Source: Candidatus Latescibacterota bacterium (GTDB lineage Bacteria; Latescibacterota; UBA2968; UBA8231). From it: DNA of 64,000 nt. Under the pieces are notes generated by a model, which had not been told where the DNA came from, made no database searches, and saw only the letters and a list, made by a program, of their open reading frames with translations. Made by a program: the position numbers and the translations under genes. The stretch is taken from assembly GCA_965248355.1 (NCBI GenBank), contig OZ252098.1:1854423-1918422 (forward strand). Direction: 5' to 3'. Below, piece after piece: positions 35,718 to 43,695 of this stretch (its first letter is position 1; every line of letters starts with the position of its first letter).

Positions 35718-36194
35718 TTAGCCACCTGTCCAGGATTTGGGGTACACTACCGGGAGCACGGCCTCGAGGTTCTTCGCCTTCGGAAATCTGCTCACCCTGA
35801 AGTCTTGCCCGTAGTAGGCTGTGAGAGCCTGCGGGTCGGCAACGATCCAGGTTTCCATCGACTGCACCATGAGGTGAACGCAAGCCTCTTCAGCAAAGCT
35901 CAGATCCCATCTGTCCCGGCTTTGCAGATGATCTCGAGAAGACTGATTGACCTTGACCGGTCCTTCGGCATCCACCAGCAGGACATTCACCACATTGTCA
36001 CTGCTCTTGACGGCATTCCTGAATCCTCGAAATGCCTCATCGCGGGGGCCGCAACAGACCAACTTCCAACGCATGGCCTTGCTCCTGGCCGCTTCCTTGA
36101 GGGACTGAAGAAAGGCGTCCATCCCCTGGCGAAGAGCCGCCCGGTTCTCCTTGCCGGTACCTCCGCCCTCCAAGTAGATGGCAATACCACTCAC
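35718..36194 (-). CDS. DUF4276-like (Toprim-like) protein, partner of the AAA ATPase; C-terminal 9 codons supplied by the IS3 terminus
   Basis: GTG 36194 overlaps the ATPase stop (GTGA). The protein [32 protein letters not shown]...[17 protein letters not shown]...[11 protein letters not shown]... has a Toprim-like acidic core. The last residues ...VYPKSWTGG* are encoded by the IS3 right inverted repeat (35725-35746). Confidence 0.6.
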   Translation of the reverse strand: MSGIAIYLEGGGTGKENRAALRQGMDAFLQSLKEAARSKAMRWKLVCCGPRDEAFRGFRNAVKSSDNVVNVLLVDAEGPVKVNQSSRDHLQSRDRWDLSFAEEACVHLMVQSMETWIVADPQALTAYYGQDFRVSRFPKAKNLEAVLPVVYPKSWTGG

Positions 36195-37384
36195 GGGTTG
36201 GCGCCAAGCTCGCCCATCCGCCACAGGTCGCCAAGCCGGTAGTCGTCCAGCCAACTTGAGAGCTTCTCTGGATCGAGCCGCCGCAGCTCCGTGCCGGCTC
36301 CGGGTCGCTCGCAGGCGACGATGGCGGCTGGCTGATCGGTCAGCGCCGACACCAAGGCGTCGGAGTGCGTCGTGACCACAAGCTGCATCCGCTCTGAGGC
36401 CTCAACGAGAAGATCCGCGAGCATGGTCACGGCGTCGGGATGCAATCCGAGCTCGGGCTCCTCCATACAGACCAACGGTGGAGGTGTTGGGGACAGCAGA
36501 GTCGCCAACAGCCCAATGAATCGGAGAGTGCCATCAGACAGACGTGTTGCGGGGATAGGCGTGCGGAAGCCGGACTCGTGTAGGTAGAACTGTACTGTGC
36601 CCCCCGATATCGACGTGGTCATGCGCTCGAACCGGGGAAAGAACCGCTTGAGATGCTCATTGAATACCGGACCGGACTTGTGCTCGATCTGGTTGAGCAC
36701 CAATGCGAGATTACTGCAGTCGGGGAGCAGCCATTGCTCCGGAAGATCGGCGCGCTGCGGCTGTCGTATCCCGCCGTACCGGCCGAAGGTCCATTCTCGG
36801 AAGGTCTGAATGAGGTGGAACTTCACGCCGAGCCATGTCAGTTCGGGATATAGATCCAAGTCCTTACGCTGCGACAGTACCGACTGTTCCAAGGTGGGTT
36901 CGTCCAACTGCAATGTGCGCTCCTGGGACTGTTCACCAGGTGTCCTCACTCGAATCTTGATCATCCCTTTCTGATACTTGTAGTAAGAATATGGCCCGTC
37001 CCCCGGCGGAGTAGCTTCCTCGATTACCTCCTCCTGGATGTGGGCCTTTGGACCCATGATGGTAAAGGACAGACGGTACTTCAACGGCCTGCCGCTTCCA
37101 TAGCCGATGCTCTCGTAGGAACCTGTCTCGACTTCCAGGGTTGCAGCAGGCGGAGGCTTCGAGCCACTGCCCTTCCAGAGCCACTCCAGGGCACCGCCTC
37201 CGTCCCTGATCGCGGCCGCAAAATCCTTCGGTGCGGCTCTCAGGAGTTCCAGCACCTCGATGAAGTTGGTCTTCCCCGAGGCATTCGGACCGATGAGGAC
37301 GTTCAGAGGCTGCAGTTCGAAGGACTCCATGTCCGGAGGGAACGACAACAGCCCGCCCATGCGAAGACGCTTGATGAACTGCAT
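36191..37384 (-). CDS. AAA_21-type ATPase (OLD/PARIS/AbiL-like ATPase component), 397 aa
   Basis: Walker A LIGPNASGKTNFIEVLELL. Walker B/D-loop-like ...PPPLVCMEEPELGLHPDAV...VVTTHSDALV is the ABC-ATPase/SMC-like fold typical of abortive-infection ATPases. Confidence 0.8.
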   Translation of the reverse strand: MQFIKRLRMGGLLSFPPDMESFELQPLNVLIGPNASGKTNFIEVLELLRAAPKDFAAAIRDGGGALEWLWKGSGSKPPPAATLEVETGSYESIGYGSGRPLKYRLSFTIMGPKAHIQEEVIEEATPPGDGPYSYYKYQKGMIKIRVRTPGEQSQERTLQLDEPTLEQSVLSQRKDLDLYPELTWLGVKFHLIQTFREWTFGRYGGIRQPQRADLPEQWLLPDCSNLALVLNQIEHKSGPVFNEHLKRFFPRFERMTTSISGGTVQFYLHESGFRTPIPATRLSDGTLRFIGLLATLLSPTPPPLVCMEEPELGLHPDAVTMLADLLVEASERMQLVVTTHSDALVSALTDQPAAIVACERPGAGTELRRLDPEKLSSWLDDYRLGDLWRMGELGANP

Positions 37385-37750
37385 GGTTACCGGCTCCTCT
37401 CCCCCTGCAGTAATCTGTCAGGCGTGCAGTGACTCACCGAACCACCTCGTCCACCTGCGCCAGGATCTCCTCGACCGCCGGCCGGTCGGAGATGCTCTCC
37501 CCTGTGAACCTCCAGACGATGCGGCGCTCCGGGTCGATGATGAAGGCCGACGGCGCGGCGACGCCGTCGTTCAGGAGGTTGTAGACCCCGTAGTCCCGGG
37601 CCACGGCGCCGTCCTCGTCCGAGAGGATGGGGAACCCGGCGGCGGTGAGCTCCGCCATGTTGCGCGCGTCCTCCATGTCGTCGGTGCTGATGGCGGCGAG
37701 CGACATGTCGCGCTCCAGGAAGGCGGGATGGGACTCTGCCAGCTCACCTA

Positions 37751-38982
37751 GTGGTCAATCCACTTAGAATTGCGGAACAAGAGTGGCAGCCGTATCCTTT
37801 TTCCCCATCCCCTTTGTTGGAAAAGGAGTACGGCGTTGCCCAAGAAGAGATACATCGTCACTCTCACAGCCGAGGAGCGCACCGGGTTGCGCGATCTGAT
37901 CTCCAAGGGGAAAGCGGCGGCTTTCAAGCAGCGGCATGCGCGCCTTCTCCTGAAGACGGATCAAGGACCGCAGGGAGAGGGCTGGACCGACGAACGGATC
38001 GGGCAGGCGCTCGAGGTCCATCCCAGCACGGTCGAGCGTCTGCGCAGGCGATTCGTCGAAGAAGGCCTGGAGGCCGCCCTGCAGCGCAAGGAGCAGAAGA
38101 ATCGCCGGGCCAAGAAGATCGACGGGGAAGGCGAGGCTCGTCTCGTCGCGCTGGCCTGCAGTCCGCCGCCGGAGGGGAGAAAGGGCTGGACCCTCCGATT
38201 GCTGGCCGACCGCCTGGTGGCCTTGGAAGTGGTCGACCGGGTCAGCCCGGAAACCGTCCGAAAGACACTAAAAAAAACGACTTGAAGCCCTGGCGGCAGG
38301 AAATGTGGTGCCTGCCGGGCGCCCCCAATGCCGCCTTCGTCTGTGCCATGGAGGATGTGCTGGATGTTTATACCCGGCCCTACGATCCCCAACATCCCAC
38401 GGTCTGCCTGGACGAGACCAGCAAACAACTGGTGGGCGAGGTGCAGGCCCCTCGGCCGGCGATTCCGGGCCATCCGGCCCGGTATGATCATCATTATGTC
38501 CGCCAGGGCGTGGCCAACGTCTTCATGATGCTGGAACCGCTCACCGGCCGCTGCCACGTCCAGGTCACGCAGCAGCGCACCAAGAAAGATTGGGCTCGGG
38601 TGATGAAAGACCTGGTCGACCGCTACTACCCGGAGGCCGAGCGCCTGACCTTGGTCATGGACAACCTGAGTTCGCACCAGAAGGCGGCGTTGTACGATGT
38701 CTTTGCGCCGGCCGAGGCCAAACGCATCGCCGACAAGATCGACATTCATTTCACCCCGAAACGGGGCAGTTGGCTCAACATGGCCGAAATCGGGTTGAAG
38801 ATGCTGTCCCGGCAGTGTCTGGACCGACGCATCGCAACGATTCAGCAACTGAGCCAACAGGTCCAGGCTTGGCTGTCGCAACGCGAGAACAGCCAGGCCC
38901 CGGTCAAATGGCGATTCACCACCGAGAAGGCGCGCATCAAGCTGCACCGCCTCTATCCAGCATTGTTACCTGGATGAACCAC
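37751..38982 (+). mobile_element. IS630-family insertion sequence flanked by TA target-site duplication
   Basis: The ends are gtggtcaatccac... and ...ggatgaaccac, a perfect 8-bp match (GTGGT[C/T][A/C]ATCC). Flanking TA dinucleotides sit at 37749-37750 and 38983-38984. Confidence 0.8.
37770..38977 (+). CDS. IS630-family transposase (HTH N-part 37770-38285; DDE part continues in -1 frame after an A8 run at 38266-38273)
   Basis: The N-part MRNKSGSRILFPH...LTAEERTGLRDLISKGKAAAFKQRHARLLL is the HTH. The C-part ...VCLDETSKQL...LVMDNLSSHQ...WLNMAEIGLKMLSRQC is DDE-like. The slippery CTAAAAAAAACG joins the two frames (-1). Confidence 0.75.
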
Positions 38983-39224
38983 TAGCTGGGCCTTGCAGAA
39001 GCCTCAGAAGAATCCCCGGTAGAACACGAGGACCGCGGCGGCGCGGTCGTCGAGCAGGTCGGACAGGGACACGGGGTCGCCGTCCGCCGCTGGCAGGGTG
39101 AAGGCCGGCGCCTGCTCGTCGACGGAGACCGCCTTGGAAGAGGAACCGCAGCCCGGCAGAACCGCCAGGGCCGCGGCCGCCAGGAGCGGGACCACCCCTC
39201 TCGCCCCGCTCCTGGTGACGCCGT

Positions 39225-40052
39225 TCATCCTCCCTGCGCCTCGTTCAGCACCTCGCGCAGGTGCCGCACGGCGAGGCGGACGCACTCCTCCCAGCCGCAG
39301 CTGTTGCGGTCGCCGATCTCGAAGACGAGGCCCAGGCTGCTGTTGAACCCGACCTCCTGCAACAGGCGGACGACGCGCGGGTAGTCGATCCACTCCTCGT
39401 GCCCGGCGTCGATCTTGTAGATCTTGGCGCGCACGTACACGGCGTGGGGCGCCGTGGGCCGCAGGTAGTCCTCGTAGAGGTCGACGTCCGGGTCGAACTC
39501 GCCCCGGATATGGGAACCGATCGCCCCCTTCCACTGCCCCGTGTCCATTAGGAAGCGGAAGTTCGGGCGGTCCACGTCGCCCAGGATGCGCAGGGCCTGG
39601 TGGGCGGTCATGCAGCAGCTGCTCTCGTCGTGGTTCTGCAGGGCCAGGGTCACGCCCTGCGCGGCGGCGTAGTCGGACAGCTCCTGGAAGCTGGCCACCA
39701 TGGGCGCCCACAGGCGCTCCTGCTCCTCCTCGGTGTCCGGCCACTTGGCGCGGGCGAAGACGCGCAGCATCTGGGCGCCCAGCAGCGCCGCCGTGTCCAC
39801 GTCCTGCCGGCCCTGGGCGAGGCGCCGCTCCTTCTCCTCCACGGGGCCGGCGTAGGAGCCGGAGCCGGCGTAGCCGATGGTCAGGCCCCGGCGTACGCAG
39901 TGCCAGCGCACGGCCTTGACCCGCTCCGGGTCGCGGTCCATGCCCGACAGGTGGATGTCGATCCCGTCGAGACCCAGCCCTGCGGCCAGGTCCACGGTCT
40001 CGTCGATGGGGGCTCCCGCCCCCTCGCGCGCCATCATGCTCAGTCGAATCAC
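39225..40052 (-). CDS. sugar phosphate isomerase/epimerase (xylose-isomerase-like TIM barrel)
   Basis: ...IDIHLSGM...GYAGSGSYAGPVEEKERRL...VTLALQNHDESSCCMT... follows the AP-endonuclease-2/XylA-like TIM pattern. Its stop overlaps the downstream redoxin ATG (ATGA). Confidence 0.75.
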   Translation of the reverse strand: MIRLSMMAREGAGAPIDETVDLAAGLGLDGIDIHLSGMDRDPERVKAVRWHCVRRGLTIGYAGSGSYAGPVEEKERRLAQGRQDVDTAALLGAQMLRVFARAKWPDTEEEQERLWAPMVASFQELSDYAAAQGVTLALQNHDESSCCMTAHQALRILGDVDRPNFRFLMDTGQWKGAIGSHIRGEFDPDVDLYEDYLRPTAPHAVYVRAKIYKIDAGHEEWIDYPRVVRLLQEVGFNSSLGLVFEIGDRNSCGWEECVRLAVRHLREVLNEAQGG

Positions 40053-40957
40053 TCGTCCCTCTCCTTCAGGCTTTCGGGTGAAAGGCTCTCCACGATCAGT
40101 CGGCAGGCCTCGGCGATGGTCCCGGCGCCGTCCGCGTCGTCGCCGGCGGCGGTGGCGAAGCCGGCCGCCGCCAGCGGGCCCGACGGCAGGAACAGGAGGC
40201 CCGCGTCCCCCTTGATCCGTCCGCTCGAGCCGTACTTGTGCGCCACCTCCACCTCCGGATCGAGGTGGCGGGGCAGCATGGTGCGGTTGGCGGCGCTCCT
40301 CAGCAGGTCCATCATCCGCGACGAGGCAGCCTCGTCGACCACCTGGCCCTCGTGCAGGGCCTTCAGCAGGCCGCCCATGTGGGCCGGGGAAGCGACGTTG
40401 TTCTCGGGCGCGTCATGGTAGGGCCAGGCGCCGTGGTCGAGCCCCTCCGTCCGCATGCGCCGCATCATCTCCTCGTCCGCCTCCAGGCTCGGGGTCCGGT
40501 CGGGCATGTTCACCATGGCGTAGTGGTAGCGGCCCATGGTGCTGCGAGTGCGCAGGTCCGGGAAGCCGAGGCGCTCCATGGTGGCGTTCACGTTCTCCAG
40601 GCCCACCACGCCCATGAGCATGTCCGTGGCCACGTTGTCGCTGACGCCGATCATCAGGCGGCAGTAGTCGAGGAGGGTCAACTCCGGCTCGTCCTTGGTC
40701 AGGCTCAGGGCGCCGGAGCCGTGGGTGCTGATGGGGCCGCCCAGCCGCCGGCGCTCGGACAGGGACAGCTCGCCGGCCGCGGCCTGGCGGAAGAGCTCGA
40801 CCATGACCGGCACCTTGCAGACGCTCGCCGTGGGGAACCGCTGGCCGGCGTTGACCGCCGCCGTGGCCCCCGAGGCGAGGTCCTCCGCGTAGAAGCCGAA
40901 GCGACCGTCGAAGGCCGCCGCGAGGGCCTCCAGCTCGCGCTGCGGAAAGGCGGTCAC
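40049..40957 (-). CDS. class A beta-lactamase-related serine hydrolase
   Basis: Motifs: SxxK (TASVCKV), SDN (GVSDNVATD), and KTG-like (HKYGSSG). No obvious signal peptide. Its stop overlaps the downstream GTG (GTGA). Confidence 0.7.
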   Translation of the reverse strand: MTAFPQRELEALAAAFDGRFGFYAEDLASGATAAVNAGQRFPTASVCKVPVMVELFRQAAAGELSLSERRRLGGPISTHGSGALSLTKDEPELTLLDYCRLMIGVSDNVATDMLMGVVGLENVNATMERLGFPDLRTRSTMGRYHYAMVNMPDRTPSLEADEEMMRRMRTEGLDHGAWPYHDAPENNVASPAHMGGLLKALHEGQVVDEAASSRMMDLLRSAANRTMLPRHLDPEVEVAHKYGSSGRIKGDAGLLFLPSGPLAAAGFATAAGDDADGAGTIAEACRLIVESLSPESLKERDE

Positions 40958-40982
40958 GGCGACGCCCCGCGGGCCGGGCGGA

Positions 40983-42551
40983 TCACGTCGACCTGGGGCT
41001 GATGCGGTCCTGCTTCAGGCCGAGGGGACGCTCCATGTCGCGGTAGCGCATGTTCAGCTCGACGCCGCTCAGGGAGCGGGTGAAGGCGGCCCGGGGCTCG
41101 CAGCGCTTCACGTCCACCTCGAGGATGTTCTCCCCGTGGTCCACGCTGTCGACGTCCAGGCGGAAGCGGAACCAGTGATAGGAGCCGGCCAACGGCGCCT
41201 GGAGCTCCTGGGTGCCATACAAGCGCACCGGAAAGAACAGGGCGCGCTCGTCGGTGATCTCGGCCTCGTCCAGGTCCAGCGTCCGGCCGTTGAAGCGCAT
41301 CTCGACGTCGTCCTCGGGGCAGTAGAACTGGAAGAGGAGGGTGAGGATCGGCTTGCGCATCTCCCCGTCGGCGCGGGCCCCGTCGACGTCGTCGGCCACG
41401 TGGATGGGGACGCGCAGGACCTCGCCCTCCTCCAGGGCCAGGGGCAGCAGCCGGTGGGGGGTGGTCGTCTCGGCGTCGGCCGGGCCCTCCCGCGGCGCCA
41501 GGAAGTAGCGCTTGTCGCGGCGGCCCGTGGTCTCCGGGTAGGCCATCTCCCGCAGGAAGGCGTACTCGTCGTCGTCGAAGGGCCAGGGCATGTACCCGTG
41601 GTAGAGGCCGGCCCAGCCGTCGCGGGCCAGGGTCTGCTGCAGGGCCCGCCACATCTCGATGTGCGGGAAGGGGACGGCTTCGTGCAGAACCCGGCGCGGC
41701 GGCCGGTAGTAGGCGGCGCCGCCGGCGGCGTTGGCCGCCCGGGGCAGCCACGTCGGCTTGGGCTCGGTGTCGTTGAGGACCCACCCGTCCTGACCGACCA
41801 CGTGGTTCACGCTCCCGGCCTTGATCCAGCCGGCCACGTCGAGACCCGCGGCCTGGTTGCGCTCCTCGTCCAGGTCGACGCGCACCATCAGAGGCAGCCG
41901 CTCCTGGCCGTCAGGCGTGACCTCGTCCATGAGCCGGCGCAGGTCGGCCACGAAGCCGCTCATGATCTCGGCGGCGCGCTCCTCGCCGCTCTTGAAGTAC
42001 TGCGTGCCGAAGAGGAAGTCGAGCTCGAGGCCGTCGGGCCCGTAGTCCTCCAGCACCTCCCGCAGCAGGGCGAGCTTGTAGTCGCGCACCTCGGCGAGGG
42101 CGTAGTCGTACCCGAAGAGGTGGCGGCCCTCCTCGCCGATGCTGACGGCGGCGCCCCGCTCCCACTTCAGGGTGCCGCAGCGCTGCGCCCCGGGCGCGTG
42201 CGAGTCCTGCAGCTTGAGGCTCGGGACGACGCGCACCCCCAACTCCCGCCCGCGCTCCACGCAGGCCCGCAGTTGGTCGGTGCCCAGGCGCCGGCCCTCC
42301 TCGACCATGCGCATGATGCGCCAGTCGATGTAGGACTCCCAGCTCTCCTTCCGCTGCCCCACGGAGCGGCCCACCTTGGTGTCGTGGAAGAACACGTCGC
42401 CGTAGCCGAGACCGAGGGCGAGGGTGTCCGCCCCGGTGCCGGCCAGCTCGTCCACCGGCCACTGCAGCATGTGCAGGCTCGCCGGCGGCTCGAGGCGCTT
42501 GGCGTGGTAGTGGTGGGCGTCGTTGTAGTAGATCAGGCGCGGTCTGTGCAT
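40983..42551 (-). CDS. putative glycoside-hydrolase-like TIM-barrel protein (uncharacterised family), 522 aa
   Basis: MHRPRLIYYNDAHHYHAKRLEPP...ADTLALGLGYGDVFFHDTKVG...LELDFLFGTQYF... has an alternating beta-alpha character and a conserved acidic pattern. I chose ATG 42551 because the upstream extension is Arg/Pro-rich. Confidence 0.55.
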   Translation of the reverse strand: MHRPRLIYYNDAHHYHAKRLEPPASLHMLQWPVDELAGTGADTLALGLGYGDVFFHDTKVGRSVGQRKESWESYIDWRIMRMVEEGRRLGTDQLRACVERGRELGVRVVPSLKLQDSHAPGAQRCGTLKWERGAAVSIGEEGRHLFGYDYALAEVRDYKLALLREVLEDYGPDGLELDFLFGTQYFKSGEERAAEIMSGFVADLRRLMDEVTPDGQERLPLMVRVDLDEERNQAAGLDVAGWIKAGSVNHVVGQDGWVLNDTEPKPTWLPRAANAAGGAAYYRPPRRVLHEAVPFPHIEMWRALQQTLARDGWAGLYHGYMPWPFDDDEYAFLREMAYPETTGRRDKRYFLAPREGPADAETTTPHRLLPLALEEGEVLRVPIHVADDVDGARADGEMRKPILTLLFQFYCPEDDVEMRFNGRTLDLDEAEITDERALFFPVRLYGTQELQAPLAGSYHWFRFRLDVDSVDHGENILEVDVKRCEPRAAFTRSLSGVELNMRYRDMERPLGLKQDRISPRST

Positions 42552-42631
42552 GGTTTCTCTCCCTCCGAAGGTGGGGGTAAGTTGGGCGCCCGGGGCTCGT
42601 CCCGGCAAATGCGGCCCCCGGGGACGGGGGC

Positions 42632-43648
42632 TCAGGACGGCGGCTCCTTGCGCAGGGCGTTGCCGTCGGCGACCCCGCAGCCGGCCAGCAGGGTCCGCTG
42701 CACGGCCAGGTCGTGGTCCGCCCCGTAGTCGGGGTCCTTGTCGCCGCGGATGCAGGCGGCCAGCTCCCGCAGCAGGGTGGGATCGCTCTCCCCGGAGGCG
42801 CGGTCGGCGGTCACCCACTCGCCGGCGGGGTACCCGTCGGCGGGGCTCTTCAGGAACAGTCGCAGGCCGTCGGATCCCAGGGGCTCATGGAGGGCCGTGC
42901 CCGCCGTGCCGTGCACCTCCAGGCGGCGGTCCATGCCGATCTGCATGCCCGTGGTGTCCACTGTTCCCAGGCCGTCCCGGCCCTCGTGGACGACCACCGC
43001 GTTGTCGATTTCGGAGCGGTCGCCGTAGTGGCGGCCCAGGGCCGGGTGGACCCGCACCGGCTCCCCCATGAGGGTGACCATCAGGTCGAGGAGATGGCCC
43101 GCCATCTCGAAGTAGACGCCGCCGTGATAGACGGTGAACTCCTCGGCCAGCTGCGGATGCCAGCCCATGGGCTTGGGGATGTGGCCCCGGAACTGGTAGA
43201 CCTGGCCGAGGGAGCCGGCGGCGGCCAGGCGCAGCAGCTCGCGGACGGCGGCGTTGCAGCGCCACATGTAGGCCAGGTGCAGCTGCAGGCCGCTCTGACT
43301 GGCCAGGTCCTGGATCCGCGAGAAGTGGGCGAGGTCGGTGCCCGCGGGCTTTTCCAACAGGACGTGCTTGCCGGCCCGCAGGGCGGCCTCGGCGTAGCCG
43401 AGGTTCTGGTAGACGTGGCCCTCGACGACCACGGCCTCGGCCTCGCTCTCCAGCACCGCCTCCACCGAAGGGAAGACGGCCAGCGGCGGTCCGTGTCCGG
43501 CCCAGCGCTCCCGGTTGCGGGCGATGACCGCCTCGTCGGGGTCGTACATGCCGAGCAGCTCGAACTCGTCCGGGCGCCGGGCGGCCTCCTGCACGTGCAT
43601 GGAGGCGTGGCTGTGCCAGGCTCCGAGAAACGCGAACTTGAGTCTCAT
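42632..43648 (-). CDS. Gfo/Idh/MocA-family NAD(P)-dependent oxidoreductase
   Basis: MRLKFAFLGAWHSHASMHV... plus EKP (HVLLEKPAG), the signature of this family. Confidence 0.85.
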   Translation of the reverse strand: MRLKFAFLGAWHSHASMHVQEAARRPDEFELLGMYDPDEAVIARNRERWAGHGPPLAVFPSVEAVLESEAEAVVVEGHVYQNLGYAEAALRAGKHVLLEKPAGTDLAHFSRIQDLASQSGLQLHLAYMWRCNAAVRELLRLAAAGSLGQVYQFRGHIPKPMGWHPQLAEEFTVYHGGVYFEMAGHLLDLMVTLMGEPVRVHPALGRHYGDRSEIDNAVVVHEGRDGLGTVDTTGMQIGMDRRLEVHGTAGTALHEPLGSDGLRLFLKSPADGYPAGEWVTADRASGESDPTLLRELAACIRGDKDPDYGADHDLAVQRTLLAGCGVADGNALRKEPPS

Positions 43649-43695
43649 CCTCCTTCTCCCTTATTCTCCGGCCCCCCTTGAGAGGAGCCCCCGAG

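Larger units (their letters stand above)
34410..35746 (-). mobile_element. IS3-family insertion sequence (1337 bp) with orfA/orfB and A8 slippery site
   Basis: The terminal inverted repeats are TGTACCCCGTCAACTGGACAGG (34410-34431) and the reverse complement of CCTGTCCAGGATTTGGGGTACA (35725-35746), matching at both ends (TGTACCCC....CTGGACAGG). OrfA is HTH; orfB is the DDE integrase core. A poly-T8 run at 35395-35402 is A8 on the coding strand. Confidence 0.8.
37434..39228 (-). pseudogene. lipoprotein thioredoxin-fold redoxin (TlpA/Prx-like) split by IS630; in-frame TGA at the first position of the CxxC motif (candidate Sec codon)
   Basis: N-part 39228->39007 is MNGVTRSGARGVVPLLAAAALAVLPGCGSSSKAVSVDEQAPAFTLPAADGDPVSLSDLLDDRAAAVLVFYRGFF, then TGA (39006-39004), then GFCKAQL (39003-38985). 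IS630 occupies 37751-38982. The C-part 37748->37434 is GELAESHPAFLERDMSLAAISTDDMEDARNMAELTAAGFPILSDEDGAVARDYGVYN...IVWRF. Removing the IS and one TA restores a single continuous frame in which TGA is the only interruption. Confidence 0.65.
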
